DNA of 64,000 bases from the NCBI GenBank assembly GCA_046757485.1, contig JBHHYJ010000003.1:14866-78865 (forward strand), given 5' to 3'. The translations under genes and the position numbers were made by a program. The notes beneath the pieces are model-generated. The model worked only from the letters and a program-made list of their open reading frames with translations. It had not been told where the DNA came from and made no database searches. Positions 28,713-36,278 of the stretch are shown in pieces (the stretch's first letter is position 1; the number at the start of each line of letters is the position of its first letter). The stretch comes from Gemmatimonadota bacterium. GTDB lineage: Bacteria > Gemmatimonadota > Gemmatimonadetes > Palauibacterales > Palauibacteraceae.

Positions 28713-28776
28713 TCCGGGGCCGCCGATTCGTTGCCCGACGCCACGGAGCGCTCGGCAGCGAAGCTCCCGCGAGCCT

Positions 28777-29760
28777 CTACGCCGCCGTGATCGCCCTCAG
28801 GCGGTCCACCTGGTCAGCGATGAGGCCCGTCCGCTCGCGGATCCGGGCGTCCGCCAGAGTCGTACCGGCCAGCGTCGAGCCCTCCGGCACCTGAACCTCC
28901 TCGAGGCGGAGAGAGATCCCCTCCCCCCGGGTCACCACGTCCAGAAAGCTCATCACCTGAGGCCGCAGGAGGACGGATGCCATCTGGGTGCCTCCGCTGA
29001 TGTTCGGGCTCACCACGTGGTCGGCGCCCGCCCGGTAGAGCTTGCTCACCGTCTCTTCCTGGAACGCGCGGGCGACGATGGTGAGGTCTGGATTCAGGTC
29101 CCGGGCGCTCAGGCACACGAAGAGGTTGTCCGTGTCGGCGCTGAGCGATGCCACCAGGCCTCGCGCGTGGCGGATCCCCGCGGAGAGCAGCGTCTCGTCC
29201 TCGGTGGCGTCGGCCTCGAGAACGAGGGGACCGGAGTCCATCTCCCGCAAACTGTCCGCGCGTTCGGGGTCGAGCTCGATCGCTACGAGCGGCATCCCGC
29301 TCGCCGCCAGCTCCTCCATCACCTGCCGGCCCGTCCCGCCGGCACCACACACGACGATATGGTCACGCAGCCTGTCGATCTCTTTCATGGTGCGCCGTGT
29401 CCGGAAGACGTGAGCCAGGTCCATCTCGACGATGGCGGATGTGATGAGGGCGAACCACAGGCCCATGGAAGTGATCCCGCCCGCGAGCAGAAAGCCGGCC
29501 AGCAGCCGACCGGCGTCGTTCAGGGGGTGGACTTCCTGGTAGCCGACGGCCGTCAGGGTGATGACCGTCATGTACAGGGCGTCGGAGAAGTTCCACCCGG
29601 GCAGGGCGAGGAAACCCAGGGTTCCGAGCACCAGCAGCGCCGTCCCCAGCGCGAGGAGCCACACGAAGCGGCGCCGGAAGAGGGCGATCCGGCGCAGCGT
29701 GGCGGCCAGCCGGGCGGAGGGCCACTCCACCTCCCTCCTGGCGGATGCGAGGTCGAACAC
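28777..29760 (-). CDS. two-TM potassium-channel-like protein with cytoplasmic RCK/TrkA-N domain
   Basis: Pore helix plus filter TVITLTAVGYQEV, then Rossmann VVCGAGGTGRQV (TrkA-N) and a short TrkA-C-like end. Confidence 0.8.
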   Translation of the reverse strand: MFDLASARREVEWPSARLAATLRRIALFRRRFVWLLALGTALLVLGTLGFLALPGWNFSDALYMTVITLTAVGYQEVHPLNDAGRLLAGFLLAGGITSMGLWFALITSAIVEMDLAHVFRTRRTMKEIDRLRDHIVVCGAGGTGRQVMEELAASGMPLVAIELDPERADSLREMDSGPLVLEADATEDETLLSAGIRHARGLVASLSADTDNLFVCLSARDLNPDLTIVARAFQEETVSKLYRAGADHVVSPNISGGTQMASVLLRPQVMSFLDVVTRGEGISLRLEEVQVPEGSTLAGTTLADARIRERTGLIADQVDRLRAITAA

Positions 29761-29768
29761 GGCCGGGG

Positions 29769-31301
29769 TCAGCGCTCTCGGTCGGGGCGGGCGACGATCT
29801 CCCGCCCTCTGATGTGCGTGCCCATCAGGCCCCGGATCACCTCCTCGGCGATCTGTGAGTCCACCTCCACGAGCGAGTAGGTCCCCCGGATCTCGATCTT
29901 GCCGACGTGAGCACCCCGCGCGCCGGTCTCGCCGGTGATCGCCCCCACGAGGTCTCCGGGGCCGACGCCGTCACGCTTCCCCACGTTGAGGTACAGTCGA
30001 GTCCAGGCCGACCGCAGGGCCGGCTCTCCCGCCACGGAACCCGAGAGCGTCCGCGACCCCTCCCCGATCTCTTCCTCCCGCTTCACTCGGGTCAGGGCCG
30101 TGGCCACCCGGAGCGGGCCGAACTCCTCCAGCAGCGGTTCCAGCAACAGCAGCTCGGCCCCCGTTTCCCCCTGCTCGATCGCGGCACGGAGACGAGAACG
30201 GAACCGGGCGACCGCATCCATTCCGGCCTCCGTCGGCTGTACGGACAGCTCGCGGGCGGCCCAGCCGGCCCGCAGGGCCATGAGCCGGAGCTGGGGAACG
30301 TGGAGGGGCGAGATGACGACCAGCTTTTCTCGGCCCGGCTCCAGGCGGTGAAGCAGATCGGCCAGCCGGGTGGGTAGCCACGTGAGGACGTTGACCCCCT
30401 CCGCCGCGGCCCGTTCCTCAGCCCACGCCACTCCCACTCCGGGCTCGGCCGGATCTTCGACGAGGCGGAAGCCGGCCGCCTCCAGGTGGGCCGCCGCGCG
30501 GTGAGCCGTCGGTCCATCCCGGCAGTGGACGAGGGCTCGGTCCGTTCCGCTCGCTTTCGCCAGCCGCCGGAGCCCCTTCGCCAGGGCGTCCAGCCGGGCC
30601 TCCTCCCCCGCGGCGGGCGCGTACCACAGGCGGGTTTCGCCACCTCGCTTCGCCGTCTTTCCCGGCTCGCCTCTCTCGGCCGCCGGACCGAGCAGCTCGG
30701 GAGGCCAGCGGCGGGCCCGCGGGAGGCGGCGCTCCACCAGCTCATCGAACGCGCCGCCGGCCGACCGGGCGCAGAGGATCTTCTGTCCCTCCGTCTCCAG
30801 GGTGTCCAGAAAGACCTCCGCCGCGGGCCAGTCTCCCAGGGCCTGGAGAGCCTCGACGTCGTCCACGATCAGCAGGCGGAGATCGGCGGTCGACAGAGCC
30901 CCGGTGCGAACGGCGCGCAGCAGCCCCTGCGGGCGTCCGGCCAGAAAGGAGGCGCTCTCGGCTTCCCCGTCCCGATCGGGGGACCAGGTGAAGGCCCGAA
31001 GCCCGCTGTGCCGGTTCAGCAGGCGAACGGCCCGGGCTACGCGGGCCGCGCTCTCCCGGGTGGCACACAGGGCGAGGCCCTCGAGGCGTGGAGGGTCCGC
31101 GACGCAGCGGATCGCCGCGGCGAGCCCGTAGAGCAGCTCCCGACCCGACCCCTCGCCTGCCAGCAGGGCGACGTGGTGTCCGCGCTGCACGGCGACGGCC
31201 AGCGCCTCCACCACCTCGGGCAGCGGGGCGTAGCCCAGCTCCGCGGCCGCGCCGATCTGTTCCGGACTCAGGGGCTGCGTGGGCGTTTTCTCCTCCGTCA
31301 T
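29769..31301 (-). CDS. DEAD-box-helicase-like protein with degenerate ATPase motifs and a C-terminal DbpA-type RNA-binding domain
   Basis: Start at ATG 31301. Positional equivalents of helicase motifs: I AGEGSGRE, Ia ATRESAARV, Ib AGRPQGLL, II DDVE. C-terminus LYLNVGKRDGVGPGDLVGAITGETG..VGKIEI..YSLVEV resembles the DbpA domain. Confidence 0.65.
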   Translation of the reverse strand: MTEEKTPTQPLSPEQIGAAAELGYAPLPEVVEALAVAVQRGHHVALLAGEGSGRELLYGLAAAIRCVADPPRLEGLALCATRESAARVARAVRLLNRHSGLRAFTWSPDRDGEAESASFLAGRPQGLLRAVRTGALSTADLRLLIVDDVEALQALGDWPAAEVFLDTLETEGQKILCARSAGGAFDELVERRLPRARRWPPELLGPAAERGEPGKTAKRGGETRLWYAPAAGEEARLDALAKGLRRLAKASGTDRALVHCRDGPTAHRAAAHLEAAGFRLVEDPAEPGVGVAWAEERAAAEGVNVLTWLPTRLADLLHRLEPGREKLVVISPLHVPQLRLMALRAGWAARELSVQPTEAGMDAVARFRSRLRAAIEQGETGAELLLLEPLLEEFGPLRVATALTRVKREEEIGEGSRTLSGSVAGEPALRSAWTRLYLNVGKRDGVGPGDLVGAITGETGARGAHVGKIEIRGTYSLVEVDSQIAEEVIRGLMGTHIRGREIVARPDRER

Positions 31302-31594
31302 CCTGCCTCGGTGCCGCGGGAAAGCCGGGCCGACGGGTCGGGCCGCCGTCTGGAGCCGCTCGGAGCGCGCGGAAGGTGCACGGGACCGGAGGCCACGGAC
31401 GAGCAACGGTTAGCGGCCCGGCCCCGGAACGTCAACCGAGGTCTCCCGTCCCGCCGACTCGCGGGGCGGTCCCCGGTTGACGCGTCGGGGCGCGCCTCCC
31501 TAACGTTCGCGACCGGGTGGGCAGAGGGGCTCCCGTAAGCCTCGCCGCGCCGCCTTGGTGCTGGCCCCACGGCGCTCGTAACGCGACCCGCCGT

Positions 31595-31612
31595 AGTCCT
31601 TCAACAGGCTGC
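31595..31612 (+). repeat. 18-nt intergenic motif, copy 3 (AGTCCTTCAACAGGCTGC, 15/18)
   Basis: Matches the core CTTCAACAGGCT of copies 1 and 2. Ends 17 nt upstream of the symporter ATG. Confidence 0.45.
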
Positions 31613-31628
31613 CAGACGGGATAACAGC

Positions 31629-33014
31629 ATGCTCGATCTCCTGCAGGGCGCCAGCGACCGGGTGTGGGGCCTGCCGCTCATCTTCCTCCTGGTCGGGACG
31701 GGTCTCTACCTGACGCTCCTCCTGCGTGGCCTTCAGTTCCGCGAGCTGAAGCACTCGCTGTGGCTGGCGCTCGTGAAGCGGAGGGAGGAGGGGGCGGAGG
31801 GAGACATCTCTCATTTCCAGGCGTTGATGACCGCCCTGGCCGCGACCGTGGGCACGGGCAACATCGTGGGCGTGGCCACGGCGATCGGCGCGGGGGGCCC
31901 GGGAGCTCTCTTCTGGATGTGGGTGACGGGCCTCGTCGGGATGGCCACGAAGTACGCGGAGGCGGTGCTGGGCGTCCGCTTCCGGGAGACGGACGCCCGG
32001 GGCGAGAAGTCCGGCGGTCCGATGTACTATCTGGAGCGCGGCATCCCCTGGCGGCCGGTGGGCAAGACGCTGGCCCTGGCCTTCGCCCTCTTCGCTTCGG
32101 TCGCCGCCTTCGGGATCGGCAACGGCGTTCAGTCCCAGGCGGTGGCGGATGCGGTGAACCAGTCCTTCGGAGTTCCCCACTGGGTGACGGGTCTGGTGGT
32201 GGCCTTCCTGGTGGCGACGGTGATCCTGGGGGGTATCCGGTCCATCGGCCGCTTCACGGGCGTCTTCGTCCCGGTGATGATCGTCCTGTACATGGGAGGG
32301 GCCGGGCTCGTCATCCTTCTGAACGTGGAGCGCGTGCCGGAAGCGCTTCGTCTCGTCTTCGAGGGAGCGTTCAGCGGGGGCGCGGTCGCCGGAGGCGCTT
32401 TCGGTTACACGGTGATGCAGGCGATGCGCTTCGGCGTGGCTCGAGGGATCTTCTCCAACGAATCGGGGCTGGGGACGGGCGGGATCGCGGCGGCGGCCGC
32501 ACAGACCGAGGAGCCGGTACGCCAGGCCCTGGTTTCGATGACTCAGACGTTCATCGACACGATCGTCGTGTGCAGCTTCACCGGGATCGCGATCCTCAGC
32601 ACCGGAGCGTGGCTCGCCGAGGCGGATGGAGCGAACATGACCCAGCTCGCTTTCCACACCGGCCTGCCCGGAGAGTACGGGGGATGGATCGTCGCCATGG
32701 GGCTCAGCCTGTTCGCCTTCAGCACGATGCTGGGTTGGGCCTACTACGGGGAACGGAACCTGGAGTACCTGGCGGGGGTGCGGGCCGTCGTTCCGTACCG
32801 CCTGGTCTTCGTGGCGGTCATCTTCGTGGGCGCCATCGCGAAGCTGGACGTCGTGTGGGCGCTGTCGGACGTCCTGAACGGGTTGATGGCGTTCCCGAAC
32901 CTGGTGGGGCTGCTGCTGCTGTCGGGGATCGTGTGGCGGGAGACGCGTTCCTACTTCGGCCGGCATCCGGTGGAGGGCACGGGGAGGGGCTCCACCCCGG
33001 GGCGGGGGTTGTAG
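31629..33014 (+). CDS. alanine/glycine:cation symporter (AGCS family)
   Basis: 461 aa. [37 protein letters not shown] is the family signature region. Confidence 0.93.
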   Translation: MLDLLQGASDRVWGLPLIFLLVGTGLYLTLLLRGLQFRELKHSLWLALVKRREEGAEGDISHFQALMTALAATVGTGNIVGVATAIGAGGPGALFWMWVTGLVGMATKYAEAVLGVRFRETDARGEKSGGPMYYLERGIPWRPVGKTLALAFALFASVAAFGIGNGVQSQAVADAVNQSFGVPHWVTGLVVAFLVATVILGGIRSIGRFTGVFVPVMIVLYMGGAGLVILLNVERVPEALRLVFEGAFSGGAVAGGAFGYTVMQAMRFGVARGIFSNESGLGTGGIAAAAAQTEEPVRQALVSMTQTFIDTIVVCSFTGIAILSTGAWLAEADGANMTQLAFHTGLPGEYGGWIVAMGLSLFAFSTMLGWAYYGERNLEYLAGVRAVVPYRLVFVAVIFVGAIAKLDVVWALSDVLNGLMAFPNLVGLLLLSGIVWRETRSYFGRHPVEGTGRGSTPGRGL

Positions 33015-33017
33015 GGT

Positions 33018-33326
33018 TCAGCCGCGAAAGCGGGGGTAGTGGCCGAGGTCGTACGCCCGGATCGAAAGAGCCTCCCCCGGCCGTACGCCCAGCGCCTCCA
33101 GGGTCAATGACTCGTCCCGCACCTCCCGCTCCGCGTACTCGGTGTAGTAGTCGACTGGGTCGTCCGTGTCACGCAGAAGCATGGCGCGCAGGCCGATCAG
33201 CTTCGCCTCGGCGACGCTCGTGGTCGCCGGCAGCTCCGCCACGTGCTCCAGCCAGCGGTCCGGCATGATGAGCCGCACGGTGAGCCGGGGGCCCGGATCG
33301 GCACTCGTCTCCGCTGCCTCAGACAT
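33018..33326 (-). CDS. hypothetical protein (possible beta-grasp/ubiquitin-like fold)
   Basis: 102-aa ORF with coding-type GC3. Overlaps the upstream small ORF by 8 nt. No recognisable motif; the fold guess is weak. Confidence 0.4.
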   Translation of the reverse strand: MSEAAETSADPGPRLTVRLIMPDRWLEHVAELPATTSVAEAKLIGLRAMLLRDTDDPVDYYTEYAEREVRDESLTLEALGVRPGEALSIRAYDLGHYPRFRG

Positions 33327-33579
33327 GCCCGAGGGTGTAGAGGAAACGTTTCGTGAGGTCCGTCACGTCGAGCCCGACCCCCCGGTCCGTCTCGGCGTAC
33401 ACGTTCGTATGTCCGTGAGCCCGATCCACCCGGAGCGAGGCGGTGCCGATCTCGCCCGCGAAGGTGACGGAACCCGGCGCTTCCCGGCTGACCGCCAGCG
33501 TGGAATGCTCGGCGAAGAAGCGCTTCGCCCGCGCCACCACCTCCTCGGGGGGCACTTCCGTCATGACCACGTACTGCAT
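33319..33579 (-). CDS. hypothetical small protein
   Basis: Start placed at ATG 33579 (MQYVVMTEVPPEEVVARAKRFF...). 86 aa, apparently translationally coupled to the downstream ORF. Confidence 0.4.
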   Translation of the reverse strand: MQYVVMTEVPPEEVVARAKRFFAEHSTLAVSREAPGSVTFAGEIGTASLRVDRAHGHTNVYAETDRGVGLDVTDLTKRFLYTLGHV

Positions 33580-33680
33580 GTCATCCCGGCTTTCAAGGTC
33601 CTCATCCTTACCCGGCGGCGGCAACTTCGGCCTCCCGCGCAGCGGCGTCAACTGAAGTTGAGCCCCGGCGCTCTCTGCCG

Positions 33681-35123
33681 GTGAGAGGATCGATGGAGAG
33701 GTGGCCGCGGAACCGTGGGGCGCGGGGAGCCCGGCTCGTGGCGGCCGCGGCGGGACTCGGCCTGCTGGCCGGGACGATCCTGGCGGCCGACGAGGTGCGG
33801 CCGTTCTCCACCTGGTACTACGCGTTCGCCTGGTATCCCGTGCTCCTTCTCCTCGACGCCGGGGTCGCGGCGCGGGCCGGCCGGTATCCCCTGCTGGGAC
33901 GCCCCGCGTTCGCCGTCTCGTTGTGGCTGTGGTCGGTTCCCGTGTGGCTTCTCTTCGAGCTTCTCAACTTCCGGGTGGCGAACTGGTATTACGTCTTTGC
34001 TCCCGGAGGTCTGGCGCTGCGGCGGCTGAACGCGTTCCTCGCTTTCGGCACCGTGCTGCCGGCGATCTTCCTCGGCCACCGGACGCTGGAGGGTCTGGGC
34101 CTCTTTCGAGGGGCGCGCGGCCCTCGCCTCCGCGCGCGGAGGTGGAGGGGCGTGCTCCCCCCTGCCGGTGGCCTCTTCCTGGGGCTGGCGATGTGGCGGC
34201 CGCTCCTGTTCTTTCCGTTGGTGTGGGGGGGGCTCACCCTTCTGCTGGAGCCGTGGAACTACCGGCGGGACCCGGGAAGGTCGCTGCTCGGCGATCTGAC
34301 CCGCGGCCGGTACGGCCGCCTCCTGCGGCTCCTGGCGACGGGTGCGGGAATCGGTCTGCTGTGGGAGCTGTTCAACTCCTTCTCGGAGACGCGGTGGATC
34401 TACACGGTCCCCGGCCTGGAGACGGGGAAGCTGTTCGAGATGCCGGTCCTCGGGTATCTGGGGTTCCCGGTCTTCGCCCTGGACTGTTTCGTCATCTACC
34501 AGGCGCTCGTTAACGTGGGGATCGCCCGGCCGGGGTGGGGTTCCGGGCGGTCATCGGAACGGGAAGGGGAGGGCGCCGCGGCGGAGGGAATCCCGGCGGA
34601 ACGCTCGGCGCGGCCCGTGGAGGGGACGGAGCTTCGCCGGGTGAGGAACACGGCCGCGTGGAGCGTGGCCGCCCTCTTTGCCCTGACCGTCCTCGCGGGC
34701 ATGGACCGCTGGACGGTGGACTCCGTCTACCCGCGGCTGCGGGACCTTCCCGGAGTCGAGGGCACGGCGGTGCTCGCGCGGCTACAGGGGGCGGGTCTGG
34801 GCGAGGTGAGGGAGCTGGCGGCGTCGGACCCGGCCGATCTCGCGGACCGGACCGACCTCCCGGCGACCGAGGCGAGCCGGCTGGTAGAACGGGCGCAGCT
34901 CGCCCTCCTGCGAGGTCTCGGAACGACGAACGCCGCGGCGCTCGTCGACTCGGGGATCGGAAGCGTCTGCGCGCTGGCCCGATCGGCGCCCCCCGTCGTG
35001 GCCGGGGCGATCCGCGCCCGGCGGAGCGATCCCCGGGCGGGTCACGTTCCGAGGATCCGGGGCTGGCTACGCGCGGCCCGGAGAGAGTGCGAACGATCGG
35101 CAGCGAGGAGCGAGAGCGGATGA
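33681..35123 (+). CDS. polytopic membrane protein with a C-terminal helix-hairpin-helix (DUF4332-like) domain
   Basis: About 270-aa Trp/Tyr-rich multi-TM N-terminus (WYYAFAWYPVLLLLD, ELLNFRVANWYYVF, LWELFNSFSETRWIY). C-terminal HhH-like repeats (LRDLPGVEGTAVLARLQGAGL..; LLRGLGTTNAAALVDSGI). The start may be a few codons downstream. Confidence 0.6.
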   Translation: MRGSMERWPRNRGARGARLVAAAAGLGLLAGTILAADEVRPFSTWYYAFAWYPVLLLLDAGVAARAGRYPLLGRPAFAVSLWLWSVPVWLLFELLNFRVANWYYVFAPGGLALRRLNAFLAFGTVLPAIFLGHRTLEGLGLFRGARGPRLRARRWRGVLPPAGGLFLGLAMWRPLLFFPLVWGGLTLLLEPWNYRRDPGRSLLGDLTRGRYGRLLRLLATGAGIGLLWELFNSFSETRWIYTVPGLETGKLFEMPVLGYLGFPVFALDCFVIYQALVNVGIARPGWGSGRSSEREGEGAAAEGIPAERSARPVEGTELRRVRNTAAWSVAALFALTVLAGMDRWTVDSVYPRLRDLPGVEGTAVLARLQGAGLGEVRELAASDPADLADRTDLPATEASRLVERAQLALLRGLGTTNAAALVDSGIGSVCALARSAPPVVAGAIRARRSDPRAGHVPRIRGWLRAARRECERSAARSESG

Positions 35124-35148
35124 GGGGCGTAGCGAGGAGCGAGCGCGG

Positions 35149-36258
35149 ATGACGGGATTCGGCCGGTTCTTCCTTCCCGGTCCCACCGAGGTGAGGCCGG
35201 AGGTGCTGGAGGCTCTGAGGCGTCCCGCGATCGGGCACCGCAGCGCGGAGATCGTGGAGCTCATCGAGGGGATGAAGCCGCGGCTCTCGGCCCTCTTCCG
35301 GACGGAGCGCCCCGTCTTCCTCTCCACCTCCTCCGCCACCGGGATGATGGAGGCGGCGATCACGAACCTCAGCCGCCGGCGCGTCCTGTGCCTCGTGTGC
35401 GGGGCGTTCAGCGAGCGGTTTCGGCAGATCGCCGAGGCGTGCGGCCGCCCCGCCGACGCGCTGGAGACCGAGTGGGGCGAGCCGAGCCGGCCCGAGGCGC
35501 TTCGGGAGCGTCTCGCGGCGGAGCCGGGGCGATACGATCTCGTCACGGTCGTCCACTCGGAGACCTCGACGGGGGTCCTGAACCCGGTGGCCGAGCTGGC
35601 CGCGGTCGTGCGAGAGCAGGAAGGGCTGCTCCTGGCGGTGGACACGGTCTCCTCCCTGGCCGGGGCCCCCGTGCTGACCGACGATTGGGGGCTGGACTTC
35701 GTTCTGACGGGAGCCCAGAAGGCGCTCGCCCTGCCACCCGGCCTGGCGCTCGCCGTCGCCTCCGAGCGCGCCCTGGGGCGCGCCCGCGAGGTGGAACGCC
35801 GGGGTTTCTACTTCGATCTGCTGAAGTTCGAGCGGCAGATGGAAAGGTCCCAGACACCGAACACGCCGTGCGTGTCGCTGTTCTTCGCCCTGGATCGCCA
35901 GCTGGCCAGGATCGAGGCCGAGGGCCTGGAAGATCGCTGGCAACGGCACGAGGCCATGGCCCGCCGCACCCACGCTTGGGTCGAGGAGGTCGCCGCGAGG
36001 ACGGGCCGGCCGTTCCGGGTCCTGGCCCCGGAGGGCTATCGGTCGCCCACCGTGACGGCCGTCCGGCTGCCGGACGGCCTGGAGGGGCCGTCGGTGGCGG
36101 CCCGCCTGGGCGAGCGAGGGTACACGGTGGCTCCCGGGTACGGGAAACTGCGGAGGGATGGCATCCGGATCGGACACATGGGGGACCACACTCCGGCGGA
36201 GCTGGAAGAGCTTTTGGGCGTGTTGGGCGACGTGCTGGAGGAGGCGTTGGCGGCGTGA
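35149..36258 (+). CDS. class-V aminotransferase (serine-glyoxylate / phosphoserine aminotransferase-like)
   Basis: MTGFGRFFLPGPTEV..; PLP-lysine context TGAQKALALPPG; 369 aa. Directly upstream of serA. Confidence 0.85.
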   Translation: MTGFGRFFLPGPTEVRPEVLEALRRPAIGHRSAEIVELIEGMKPRLSALFRTERPVFLSTSSATGMMEAAITNLSRRRVLCLVCGAFSERFRQIAEACGRPADALETEWGEPSRPEALRERLAAEPGRYDLVTVVHSETSTGVLNPVAELAAVVREQEGLLLAVDTVSSLAGAPVLTDDWGLDFVLTGAQKALALPPGLALAVASERALGRAREVERRGFYFDLLKFERQMERSQTPNTPCVSLFFALDRQLARIEAEGLEDRWQRHEAMARRTHAWVEEVAARTGRPFRVLAPEGYRSPTVTAVRLPDGLEGPSVAARLGERGYTVAPGYGKLRRDGIRIGHMGDHTPAELEELLGVLGDVLEEALAA

Positions 36259-36278
36259 GAACGTCGGAGCCGGGGACG

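Noticed and set aside
28713-28776. A possible frameshift or pseudogenisation explaining the short TrkA-C end of the K+ channel.
   Set aside because: Translating the three minus-strand frames downstream of the stop gives no continuation of a TrkA-C domain. The sequence runs into the convergent pspA 3' end. It is treated as a naturally short C-terminus pending read-level checks.
31302-31628. A glycine riboswitch upstream of the alanine/glycine:cation symporter.
   Set aside because: This family is often glycine-riboswitch controlled. However, the spacer lacks the GGAGAG...ACCGAAGGGGCAA...CUCAGGCAAAAGGAC core elements on the plus strand, showing only loose resemblances (CTGGAGCC, GACCGGAGGCC).
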